From Cyanophyceae cyanobacterium (lineage in GTDB: Bacteria; Cyanobacteriota; Cyanobacteriia; Cyanobacteriales; JBHJGN01): a DNA stretch of 16,225 nucleotides. Under the pieces are notes generated by a model. That model saw only the letters and a list, made by a program, of their open reading frames with translations, made no database searches and was not told where the DNA came from. The stretch lies in the NCBI GenBank assembly GCA_050331735.1, contig JBHJGN010000090.1, positions 1 to 16,225 on the forward strand. The letters run 5' to 3'. Made by a program: the position numbers and the translations under genes. This document shows positions 1 to 8,484 of the stretch, piece by piece (the stretch's first letter is position 1; every line of letters begins with the position of its first letter).

Positions 1-138
1 AAGTAATAGGAGACTTGATGAGTTGGGGGAAAGGGGAAGGGGTCAAGGGGAAAGGGAAGCACAGCAGCTCTTTGCCCTTGAACCTCCAATGCTTGGTTAG
101 TTTAAGGAACTATCTGACTACTTTCGGTAAATGGTATA
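1..138. mobile_element. MITE-like dispersed element, copy 1 (left end beyond the window), inserted in the PepSY gene
   Basis: Shares colinear blocks with 8485-8607: GAGACTTGATG, GTTGG, AAGCACAGCA, TTGAAC-TCCAA and the right end TATCTG(A/G)CTACTTTC(G/A)GT(A/C)AA(T/C)GGTAT. Ends in GGTA followed by TA exactly where PepSY homology stops. Confidence 0.7.
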
Positions 139-745
139 AGACTAAAAATAAAACGGCCACAATTCCGCTAACTTGATGGAAATCATAAGCTAGTAAGCGA
201 AGGGGCGCGTTCCACCTAATCTTGAAAGCTCGCATGATTCGTCTCTTGCCAGTCCAGAGAGCTAATCCCGTTAGGCAAAGAATGAGTAGCAATAAACCAC
301 AGGCACCGACAATAAATTTCCCAATTTTTCCTACTAATAAAGAGGTGCGAATTTTAAGAAGAAAATGAGTAAAAATGTTATCAAATCCCCACCAGCCTAG
401 GATGGCTCCCGTGTAGGGATCGACAAACGCAGCGATTTCGCGATCGCCAGAGTTAACTTTGACCTTGACACTTTCCTCAGACTGCTGAGGCAGCAGGATA
501 AATTCTAACTGGGCGTTCGGATCGGCTTGCTGAACTGAAGCGGTGATCGCATCAACTGACAAACGTTCTCCTTCAGGAACAACTGTGATGAGTTGAGGAT
601 GAATGGCTGCTTCTAATTCATTGTGAAAAACTAAGAGGCTGCCGGTCGTGCCGATAATAATGAGTAATATGCCAATAATGATGCCGACGAATCGATGAAT
701 TTTTAGGAAAAGCCATCGTTGGGAAATCTTCGGAATTTGTCTCAT
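110..745 (-). pseudogene. PepSY-associated TM helix protein (PiuB/FoxB-like), truncated by insertion
   Basis: Has the IHRFVG TM1 motif, GTTGSLLVF, a PepSY domain with VDPYTGAILG, LTGLALW and DFHQVSG. Only about 211 aa versus the usual 370-400 aa; the last 8 residues and the stop come from the inserted element. ATG at 745 preferred. Confidence 0.8.
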
Positions 746-875
746 CGGTTTGTACCATTTGTGCAAGAGTGACTGAAACGGTAAGTAATTAAGCACAGCA
801 TGAATGAGCTAATTTTTGAGCTATCTTTGAAGCCCTTTGTTGCACAGTAAATAAGCAACAGAGTGGTAATGGGGT

Positions 876-3513
876 TTAAAACTGCACAGAAAGCAACCCT
901 CGGACTGTAAAGGGTTCGCCTGGATAAATTCCTCTGACCCGGCTATTCTCAACCGCTTCAATAAATTCCACATCGAAGAGATTGTCGAAGTTGAGACGAA
1001 GCTGCCAATTTTGGCGGCTGTAGTAAATGGCTGCATTGGTGAGAAAGTAGCTATCTACCTCAAAGCTGTTGGGTAAACCCCCTTCTCTCTCGCCAACAAA
1101 GTTAAAGCCAATTCCGAACCCTAACCCCTCCAAATCTCCCTGCCGAATCTCATAGGTCGTCCATAAATTGGCGCTATGTTCAGGAATGTTGGGTAAGCGA
1201 CTCCCCACAAAACCGGGTTCGTTGTCTTCAGTTATCTCTGCGTCGATATAGGCATAGGAAGCAATAATGTTCCACCCAGGTAAGATCTCTCCGATCAAAT
1301 CTAGTTCTACCCCTTGGCTTTGTCGTTCTCCGGTTGCTATAGAGACAAAAGGATCGTCGGGATCGGCGGTGGCGACATTTTGTTTGGTAATGTCGAAGTA
1401 GGCAACAGTTGCTGATAAGCGATCGCGGATTAACTCTGCCTTAATTCCGACTTCAAAACCTTCCCCAGTCTCTGGTTCGAGCAGATCTCCTTCGGCTGTC
1501 GTAAAATCTTCGTTAGGATTAAACGATTCAGCGTAGCTAGCGTAGAGAGAAACTGACTCGATCGGTTGATAAACAAGGCCTACGCGAGGCGTAACATCGT
1601 CGTTGTTTTGAGTCTGTTCGGTGTCGGTAAGATTATCAGTTTGAGTTTGATCAACGACGTCGTAGCGTAAACCAGCTAGCAAAATGAGGTTGTCAAACAG
1701 ATCGATTTTGTCTTGAATGTAAACTCCTAAGCGGTCTGTACTGATTTCGTCATCGTTAAACAAGCCAATGCTGTCAACGTTGTCATCGGGTTCGGGAATC
1801 GCATCATAATCCGGGTCGAAAACATCGAGAGGTGCAAAGCTGGCAGGAACAGGATCGAAGTTAGTGAGTTGTTTGCTCTCAGAATGGTTGAGATCAACTC
1901 CAAATAAAACATTGTGCCTGACTTTTCCCGTCGTAAAATTTCCTTCAATGTTGGTATATAGAGTAAAGCTATCTTCTTCTCGCTGTTGGTCGCTAAAAAC
2001 GCGAGTTAAAATTCCCGTTTCGTCGTCAATCGCGAACGGAAGCGCCAAAACATCATCATCGCCACCATAGTTGTAATCGTTGACCAGATAGCGAAAAGCA
2101 TTTCTAATTTTCCAGTTCTCGCTAAAGCGATGCTCGAAAGTATAGCCAGCGTTGAGAAATTCGTTTTCAATCGTATCGTCAGGATTGTTGGTAATCCGTT
2201 CGGGGGGGGATATCCGCGACGCCATCACCAAAGGCTACCGTTCCAAAATTGGCAGGATCGTCATCGTAGATGTATTCCAAATTAAACCTCAGATCGGTGT
2301 TGTCGCCAATTTGCCAAGCGAGTGTTGGTGCTACAAAAAAGCGCTCAAAGCTATTATCGTAGTTGCGAAAGCTATCTTCGTGCCGGTATAGGGCATTCAG
2401 CCGATAGCTAAGGCTGCCGTCTGCGGTCAAAGGACCAGAAAAATCGAGCGGTGTACGGACCAAACTCCGGTTTCCTAGCTGTAGTTGAACATCGTAAAAA
2501 GGCTCGGATAATGGCTGTTTAGACACCAGATTAATCAGTCCACCCGGTTCAATCTCGCCGTACAGTACCGAAGCTGGACCTTTAAGAACTTCTATGCGCT
2601 CTAAATTAGCAACTTCTGGCATTCCCTGAAAGTCGCGGTCGTAGAGACGAAAGCCATCCCGCAGCGTGGGTGCATTTTGAAAACCGCGAATGGCAAAATC
2701 GGTACTGCGACCGTCTTCATTTCCAAAGAACGTTACTCCGCTAATATTAGTGACAACCTCTTCTAGACGGATTGCCTGTTGGTCTGCGATGACCTCTTGA
2801 GGAATGACCTGGATTGATTGAGGAATATCCAGGATTTCTGCCTCAGTTCTGGTCGCCGTACCTGCATCGGGAACGTAATAATCTTCTTGGGCTTGGGTGG
2901 TAGCAACCACTTCAATTTCCTCATCGGGTTCAGGTTCGGCGATGCTTCCTTCAGGAGTCACGCCTAAAACTAAGTTTTGTTGTGAAGGAACGACTTCAGC
3001 CGTCGGTGCTTGTTCCTGTCCGGAGATCGTAATCCGAATACTAGTGGCATCAAGGGGGGCTACGGTGACCTCGGTAATTCCCTCGGCAGGATTCGTGGCC
3101 CGAAATTCTTCGCTGTCTGGTAGCGCTAAATTGGCATCAAGAATATCGATGATTAAGGTTTTCCCTTCAGGAAAAATCAACGGCGTGAGTCTTTGTTCTG
3201 TAGAAGTTTCCAGAATCACCTGTAAGCCATCTGCCGTTGATTTTAGTTGCACCCCCGTGACGGCAACGATTGCCGCTGGTGTAGCGTCTTGAGCAAATAG
3301 ATCGTCGAGGTTTAAAGTAGAATCAACGCTCTGTCTCTGATATTTTTTAGTAAAGTCTATTGGCAATAGACCAACTAAATATTCCCTATAGAAAAAATCT
3401 TCTTTGCTTTGAGAATAAGTAAAGCGACTCGTTTGAGAATAAGCACAAGAGGAAAACAAACATTCTACAATAGCAAAATTTGCAAGATAAAAGCATAAAT
3501 TCCTGTTTTTCAT
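876..3513 (-). pseudogene. TonB-dependent siderophore receptor with N-terminal AMIN domain, split by a +1 frameshift in the G8 run at 2202-2209
   Basis: 5' ORF: signal region, AMIN domain, plug motifs (IPQSIQVI, IRGF, LERIEVLKGPASVLYG, PGGLINLVSKQP). 3' ORF: beta-barrel motifs (LAGLRYD, PRVGLVYQP, FEVGIK, NLFD) and C-terminal Phe. Removing one G gives one 878-aa frame. ATG at 3513 has a GAGGA RBS. Could be a sequencing error. Confidence 0.9.
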
Positions 3514-3572
3514 CGAAAAATCCTCACACACAATCAATTTTTCCTATTTGTTTGGCATTAAGGTAGCTAGTT

Positions 3573-3591
3573 ATTCACAATAATTTGCAAT
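3573..3591. promoter_or_regulatory. Putative Fur box upstream of the TonB-dependent receptor
   Basis: Minus strand TGCAAAT-T-ATTGTGA matches 10/14 of the 7-1-7 TGATAAT-N-ATTATCA consensus, about 60 bp upstream of the receptor ATG. Confidence 0.5.
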
Positions 3592-3746
3592 TAAAAAAGG
3601 AGAGCAGAGTGTAAAACTGTGCCAGTTTTCTCGAAGGATTGTTCTGAGAAGACTCTGGCAGCAGTAGTCAGGAAGACTAAAATACAGGAGCGGAACGAAA
3701 ACGAGTCAGCGTGAAGGATAACAGTCTTACGGAGGAGACCTCAAAA

Positions 3747-4979
3747 CTACGTCCTCGCTCCTGTTTCCTGCTGTAAAGTTTCTGGTCCTGGAGTACGCTC
3801 AAAATTCCTGGCGATATAGACGACACTCGCCAGTCCAATGACCATAGCAACGCCAAACAGAGAAGCATAGCCGATCGCTTCGGCAATTAATCCACCCAGA
3901 GTACCAGCGAGAATGCTGCTCAAAGTTAATACCGAAGTCTGAAGCGTATAATCTGTGCCAGCCGTATTCAGGGCGCTTTTATCCATCATCACCGTAAACT
4001 CGGCAGTATAGGCCATCGCCAGAAATAGCTGGACGGTAATACAGGCTAAATAGAGCCAGGGTAAATTGGTGATGCCCATTCCTGGAAGCAGGTAAACGGC
4101 GATCGCCACCGATTGCAAAAGACCGAAGATAACTAGCGATCGCTTTCTGCCTAGAGGGGCAATCAAAAATCCGGCAAGCGGCGCACCAACCATACTGGCG
4201 CTGTAGCCGACAATGCCAATTAGTAACCCGATATCGGCTAACGAAAACCCCAAATCCACCAGCAACGGTTGAAACATAGCCGTTGCCATTCTCGGACCGA
4301 GGGTATAGGTCAGTAAAATCAACAGCCAGTGTTCCATTCCCCGGCGGCGACAAAAGTTGACCAAGGCAGAAAAATTGGGCTTCTCGGCAGCGGCATGCGT
4401 TCTCGGTTTCTCCTGATGCCGCCAAATGGGAATTGAAGCCAACAAGATTAACAGTGCCAACGTCAGCAAACTCACTTGCCACCCGAGGCGGCCAAGTAAG
4501 ACGAGCATTCCTCCCCCGCCAATAATGGCCCCTAGATAATTACCCGCACTCTGTACCCCATTGCCGACACCTCGTTCTTGAACCGAGAGTAAACCGATTG
4601 CCAGCGCATCAGTGGCAATATCTTGAGTTGCGGCTAAAACACAAACCAAGAACAGGCTGACGATCATAGCAGACGGGTTTTGCTCAATATCTAGAAAGGC
4701 ACACACGACGAGGGTAAAAGCGAGGAGACTTTGGCAACCAAGAATCCAGGGACGATAGTGTTCTCTAGTACTGAAACTGTAGCGATCCACAATGGGCGAC
4801 CACAAAAATTTCAGCATCCAAGGTAGAGACACCAGAGAAAGCAACCCAATGGCATCCAAAGCCACTCCCCGCTGCCGCAAGAATACGGGCAATGCCTGGT
4901 AAAAAAAGGCGATCGGAATGTACTGTGAAACGTACAGACAGCCTAGCAGGACGAACTTATTGAGATTGAATTTATGCAC
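3747..4979 (-). CDS. MFS transporter, AmpG/RhtX/FptX-like (putative siderophore permease)
   Basis: About 12 hydrophobic segments. Motifs LYVSQYIP, LPWMLKFLWSPIVDR and ATQDIATDALAI are typical of this family. Lies next to a siderophore receptor. GTG start. Confidence 0.85.
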   Translation of the reverse strand: MHKFNLNKFVLLGCLYVSQYIPIAFFYQALPVFLRQRGVALDAIGLLSLVSLPWMLKFLWSPIVDRYSFSTREHYRPWILGCQSLLAFTLVVCAFLDIEQNPSAMIVSLFLVCVLAATQDIATDALAIGLLSVQERGVGNGVQSAGNYLGAIIGGGGMLVLLGRLGWQVSLLTLALLILLASIPIWRHQEKPRTHAAAEKPNFSALVNFCRRRGMEHWLLILLTYTLGPRMATAMFQPLLVDLGFSLADIGLLIGIVGYSASMVGAPLAGFLIAPLGRKRSLVIFGLLQSVAIAVYLLPGMGITNLPWLYLACITVQLFLAMAYTAEFTVMMDKSALNTAGTDYTLQTSVLTLSSILAGTLGGLIAEAIGYASLFGVAMVIGLASVVYIARNFERTPGPETLQQETGART

Positions 4980-5072
4980 CTGGATCAGAAGAAGGTTACA
5001 AAAAATTGCCGTTCAGGTGACGGTTATGGCTAATCGCTGCAACATTGGCGCTCGCGGCGTTAACCGTGTCAG

Positions 5073-5810
5073 TCAGTTACTTGCCAACTGCGACCATTCT
5101 TCAGGCAACATATTAGCGACAAGCTCAAAACTGCCGTTGCCGTCGGGTTGAAGCACGTATGCGATCCCTTGAGGGTCGGGATAAATTCCCGTTGCCGACT
5201 CAAAAATATCGTCGTGACCGACAATCACTGTATTAGTTCCACTTTCTGGTACGGCAGTCAGTAAAGGCATGACGTTATCTCGCATCTGTGCCACCTGTTC
5301 CTCGGTATAGTCCTCGAACGGAAGAAAATTAAGAGCGGGATTTTTCTCATAGCGACCAAAAGCGATGCTTGCCGTTTGCCAAGCTCGACAATATTCGCTG
5401 GAAATCACTTGACCGACAGGAATAGAATGAGCTTCAAAGCCTGCCCCAATGGCTTGAGCTTGCTGCCATCCTTCTTCGCTCAGAGCGCGCTGAGTAGAAC
5501 AGTCGTTGACATCGGCACTCACCTGATCCGCGTAGTCTTTTTCTGTTTGAGCGTGTCGAAAATAGATAACGTAACCGCCTTGTTGCAGAGCGTTCAGCAG
5601 TTCTGTTTCACTCAGTTTGTCCTGAAAATCTGCGTTGGCCTGTTCGCCTGCGCTCAGTTCTTCTCCTTGAGCGAGAAAATAGTTACTAGCGGTATCTTTA
5701 AGGGTGGCGTTAGCTGTTGCCTCCGCCTCGACAGATAAGCTGCTCGATAGACCGAGCGCGCTAACCGTGCTGAAAGCCAGCAGTAGTTCACCAAATTTTA
5801 GTTTGTTCAT
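5073..5810 (-). CDS. Secreted/periplasmic histidine phosphatase (phosphoglycerate mutase superfamily)
   Basis: Catalytic motifs RHAQT, SSEYCRAWQTA and VGHD. N-terminal signal-peptide-like segment. Confidence 0.8.
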   Translation of the reverse strand: MNKLKFGELLLAFSTVSALGLSSSLSVEAEATANATLKDTASNYFLAQGEELSAGEQANADFQDKLSETELLNALQQGGYVIYFRHAQTEKDYADQVSADVNDCSTQRALSEEGWQQAQAIGAGFEAHSIPVGQVISSEYCRAWQTASIAFGRYEKNPALNFLPFEDYTEEQVAQMRDNVMPLLTAVPESGTNTVIVGHDDIFESATGIYPDPQGIAYVLQPDGNGSFELVANMLPEEWSQLASN

Positions 5811-5832
5811 GATTAATCACTCATTCATTCAA

Positions 5833-6234
5833 TTATTTTTTATTGGCGGCGATCGCCAATTTTGCTCCTTGTACTAAGCGCAGGCGATCCATGACGCTGA
5901 CGCCTTGCCCGTGGGCGACTTTTTCATCCGCGTTAATAATCACCAAAGACTCGGTGTTTGGAGCTATCAATGCGCCCACCCTTTCTGTTAACGCATCAAG
6001 CTCAATGGCTTGGCGATCCAGAAACAGCTCTCCATCTGGCTCAATCGTGACGTTGATTTGCACCGCTCGTTCTACTTGTGCAGTTTGGGCAGAAGGCAAA
6101 TTGACAGGCAACCCCTCAGAACGAGTCAAATACAGCGTCGAGATTATGAAAAAAGCCAGGATTGAAAAGATTACGTCGATCATTGGCACGATGTTGATCT
6201 CAAAGGTCGTTTCTGGCTCATCGGGAAGACGCAT
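5833..6234 (-). CDS. exbD: Biopolymer transport protein ExbD
   Basis: EINIVPMIDVIF TM segment with the conserved Asp, LPVNLP, and INADEKVAHG. ATG at 6234 (MRLPDE), 133 aa, overlapping the restored exbB 3' end. Confidence 0.92.
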   Translation of the reverse strand: MRLPDEPETTFEINIVPMIDVIFSILAFFIISTLYLTRSEGLPVNLPSAQTAQVERAVQINVTIEPDGELFLDRQAIELDALTERVGALIAPNTESLVIINADEKVAHGQGVSVMDRLRLVQGAKLAIAANKK

Positions 6235-6818
6235 AGCTTCGCCCTCCTTCGTACAAACGACGATAGAGCAGTTCCAACTGTCCGCCATACCCCTGAATCA
6301 GCGCTAATTGGCGCAAGTAAAATCCTCGAAACGTATTGGCAAACAGCAAGGTAATAATAGCAACCACCAGCCCCATGACCGTAGAAATGAGCGCTTCGCT
6401 TTTCTAAAGACGAGAAAGAGCGGATTAACCCGAGAATTGTCCCTAAAAGTCCTAACAAGGGCGAGACGGTGATGATGGTCTGAAAAATAGTGCTAAAGCG
6501 CCTCAAGGTGGGAATTTCTGCTTGAGTGGCACTTTCTAGAGCTAGGCGAAATTCAGTTGGAGTCGGATATTCTAACTCTAGAGCTTCGAGAAAAATGCGG
6601 GCGATCGGTAATTTAGCATTCTGCCTCAGCTTTCTCATCGCTGCCATCGGTTCTGCTCGATAAAGCTTCAGCACCTCTCCAATAATCCGGTGTTGCCGAC
6701 GCTTAAGACGAGTCCAAAACGCGATGCGCTCAATGATTAAGGCAACGGCGAGGAGCGAAAATCCGAGCAAGGGCCAGGCGACTATGCCACCTGCCGTCCA
6801 AAAACTGTTTATTAGCAT
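6218..6818 (-). pseudogene. exbB: ExbB (MotA/TolQ/ExbB) with a frameshifting internal deletion at 6400/6401
   Basis: 5' frame has GGIVAWPLL and SPLLGLLGTILGLIRSF. The conserved C-terminus (SEALISTVMGLVVAI...GGQLELLYRR, stop at 6218-6220) is in another frame, and the loop normally between these parts is missing. Confidence 0.88.
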
Positions 6819-6833
6819 AAGTCACGAGCATAT

Positions 6834-6848
6834 TGATAATACTTCTCA
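6834..6848. promoter_or_regulatory. Putative Fur box at the exbB promoter
   Basis: TGATAAT-A-CTTCTCA, 12/14 match to the 7-1-7 consensus, 15 bp upstream of the exbB start. Confidence 0.6.
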
Positions 6849-6878
6849 GCTACTAGGACGGAATTATATCAGATTTAT

Positions 6879-6893
6879 TGAGAGCTATTGTCA
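6879..6893. promoter_or_regulatory. Second putative Fur box in the exbB/tonB intergenic region
   Basis: TGAGAGC-T-ATTGTCA, partial 7-1-7 match. Confidence 0.4.
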
Positions 6894-7068
6894 TAAAACT
6901 CTCAAATAAATCAACTGAATTTTTTACAGCGACTGCCGAAGCTGCCGTTGTAGTTAACAAAATACTGTTCGTCTTCTTAGGCTGGCTTAACGCAGCCACC
7001 AAAACTCTCGGTAGAACGTTGAGGCACTACATTTACTTTTGATCGCCACTGTATTATCTTCTGAATAG

Positions 7069-7136
7069 TGAGACTCATTTGCAGCAAAAGAAGACGCTGA
7101 AGATAAACTAGCTCAATTTATTGAAACTCAGTTTTA
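7069..7136. promoter_or_regulatory. Two Fur-like sites upstream of tonB
   Basis: TGAGACT-C-ATTTGCA (7069-7083) and TGAAACT-C-AGTTTTA (7122-7136). Confidence 0.4.
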
Positions 7137-7209
7137 ACAACTGAGCCGGTTTCATGTCTTTTAAGCTGCCACTCTCGCTGAGGACAAATTCTTTGGGAGA
7201 AGATCCAGC

Positions 7210-8463
7210 ATGTCTATGTCTAGCTTCTGCCTTCAGCAGCGCCAGAAAGAACAACAGGAACGGAACAAGCTGATTGCTTGTGGAATGGCTGCTTCAGCAG
7301 TGCTTCATGGGGTTGTCGTCTCTGCCCTACTCTGGCGATACGAACTGCCCCAGGCCGATAGCGAGCCGATCGAACTAATGATTGTCGAGTCGGACCCCGA
7401 AGTTCCTCAACCCACAGAATTGACGGAGGCTCCCACCCCTGAGCCAATTACACCTCCAACTCCACAGCAATTAAGAGACCCCCCGGAGCCTGTTGAACCA
7501 CCACAGCCCAAACCAGAAGCACCTGCCTCCCCAAACACCCCTCCCAAACCAAACGCTTCATCTCCCCAGGCGATGACCTCTCAACCAAAACCCCGTCCTG
7601 CGCCAGCTCCTCAGACTGCACCAGAGCCCGCACCAACGGCTCAAACCTCACCAGTTCAACCGAGTAGAGCACAACGACCACTCCTAGCCACTCCCCGTCG
7701 TTCTGCGCCAGACTCCGCAGCGAGTCCGACAACACCCGGAACAGTCGCCGCTCAATCATCGGTTCCGCCGCAACCAGAAAGTTCACAACCCGTTTCAGCT
7801 TCAGTCGGCTCTCCACAGTTAAGGGAAGGACTAAGGGGGGAAGATTCTGCTCCCGCAGCAGACGCTGGAGACAGCTCCAGTCCAGGAGAAGTCGCCGCTC
7901 GCTCATCAGCCCCGCCGCGATCGCAGCCACGCAGTAGCGGCGGCATTAGCTGCATCAGCCGCTGTCAACCTTCCTACCCCTCGGCTCTTGACGGAGCCGA
8001 AGGCAGTGCAACGGTGCAAGTTGGGGTAGACGCCAACGGAAACGTCACGAGCGCCACGCTGGCCAAAGCCAACAACAATAGCCAGATTAATCGTCAAGCA
8101 CTCCTGGCTGCTCGGCAGATGAAATTTTCTGCTTCTGCTGGAGGTCCGGCTTCAGTACAGGTAACCGTTAATTTTACGGTGGCTGGCTCCGAATTTGACC
8201 AAGCAGCCCGCGAACGCGAAGCCCAGGCAGAGCAGGAGCGACAGGCTCGCGAACGCGAACAGCGAGAGCAGGAGGCCCAGGCAGAGCGTGAACGCCAAGC
8301 AGAACTTCAGCGCCAGCAGGAACGGCAAGCTCAGGAGCAAGAACAGCAAGCAGCACCAGCACCGCCTGCAACACCAACCGAAGCGGAATTAGAGCAAGAA
8401 AGAATTCGTCAGTTTCAAGAGCGCATTGAACGTTACCGCAACGAACAAAACAATGAGCAATAA
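7210..8463 (+). CDS. tonB: Energy transducer TonB with a C-terminal Q/E/R-rich extension
   Basis: N-terminal TM with the S-x3-H motif (SAVLH), long Pro-rich linker, TonB_C-like domain (PSYP...EGSATVQVGVDANGNV...VNFTV). Divergent from exbBD. Confidence 0.88.
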   Translation: MSMSSFCLQQRQKEQQERNKLIACGMAASAVLHGVVVSALLWRYELPQADSEPIELMIVESDPEVPQPTELTEAPTPEPITPPTPQQLRDPPEPVEPPQPKPEAPASPNTPPKPNASSPQAMTSQPKPRPAPAPQTAPEPAPTAQTSPVQPSRAQRPLLATPRRSAPDSAASPTTPGTVAAQSSVPPQPESSQPVSASVGSPQLREGLRGEDSAPAADAGDSSSPGEVAARSSAPPRSQPRSSGGISCISRCQPSYPSALDGAEGSATVQVGVDANGNVTSATLAKANNNSQINRQALLAARQMKFSASAGGPASVQVTVNFTVAGSEFDQAAREREAQAEQERQAREREQREQEAQAERERQAELQRQQERQAQEQEQQAAPAPPATPTEAELEQERIRQFQERIERYRNEQNNEQ

Positions 8464-8476
8464 GCAATTAACAAAA
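8449..8476 (+). repeat. Degenerate heptamer tandem repeat (STRR-like) across the tonB stop
   Basis: AACAATG AGCAATA AGCAATT AACAAAA. Confidence 0.35.
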
Positions 8477-8484
8477 CAATACGT

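Noticed and set aside
876..2231. 451-aa ORF as an independent gene
   Set aside because: It is the barrel half of the frameshifted receptor, and its first residues are out-of-frame sequence.
3677..3746. Possible AraC C-terminal remnant (RSFEVSS) upstream of the receptor
   Set aside because: The similarity is too short and weak to support.
6235..6288. N-terminal extension of ExbD in the ORF track
   Set aside because: It overlaps the true exbB 3' end. MRLPDE at 6234 is the family-typical start.
6180..6400. C-terminal tail of the 212-aa ExbB ORF as a novel domain
   Set aside because: It is out-of-frame sequence after the deletion; the true ExbB C-terminus is in another frame.
7220..8467. Multiple antisense and overlapping ORFs over tonB (and similar shadows over the receptor, MFS, exbD and dehydrogenase)
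   Set aside because: They are shadows of biased codon usage in real genes, with no recognisable motifs.
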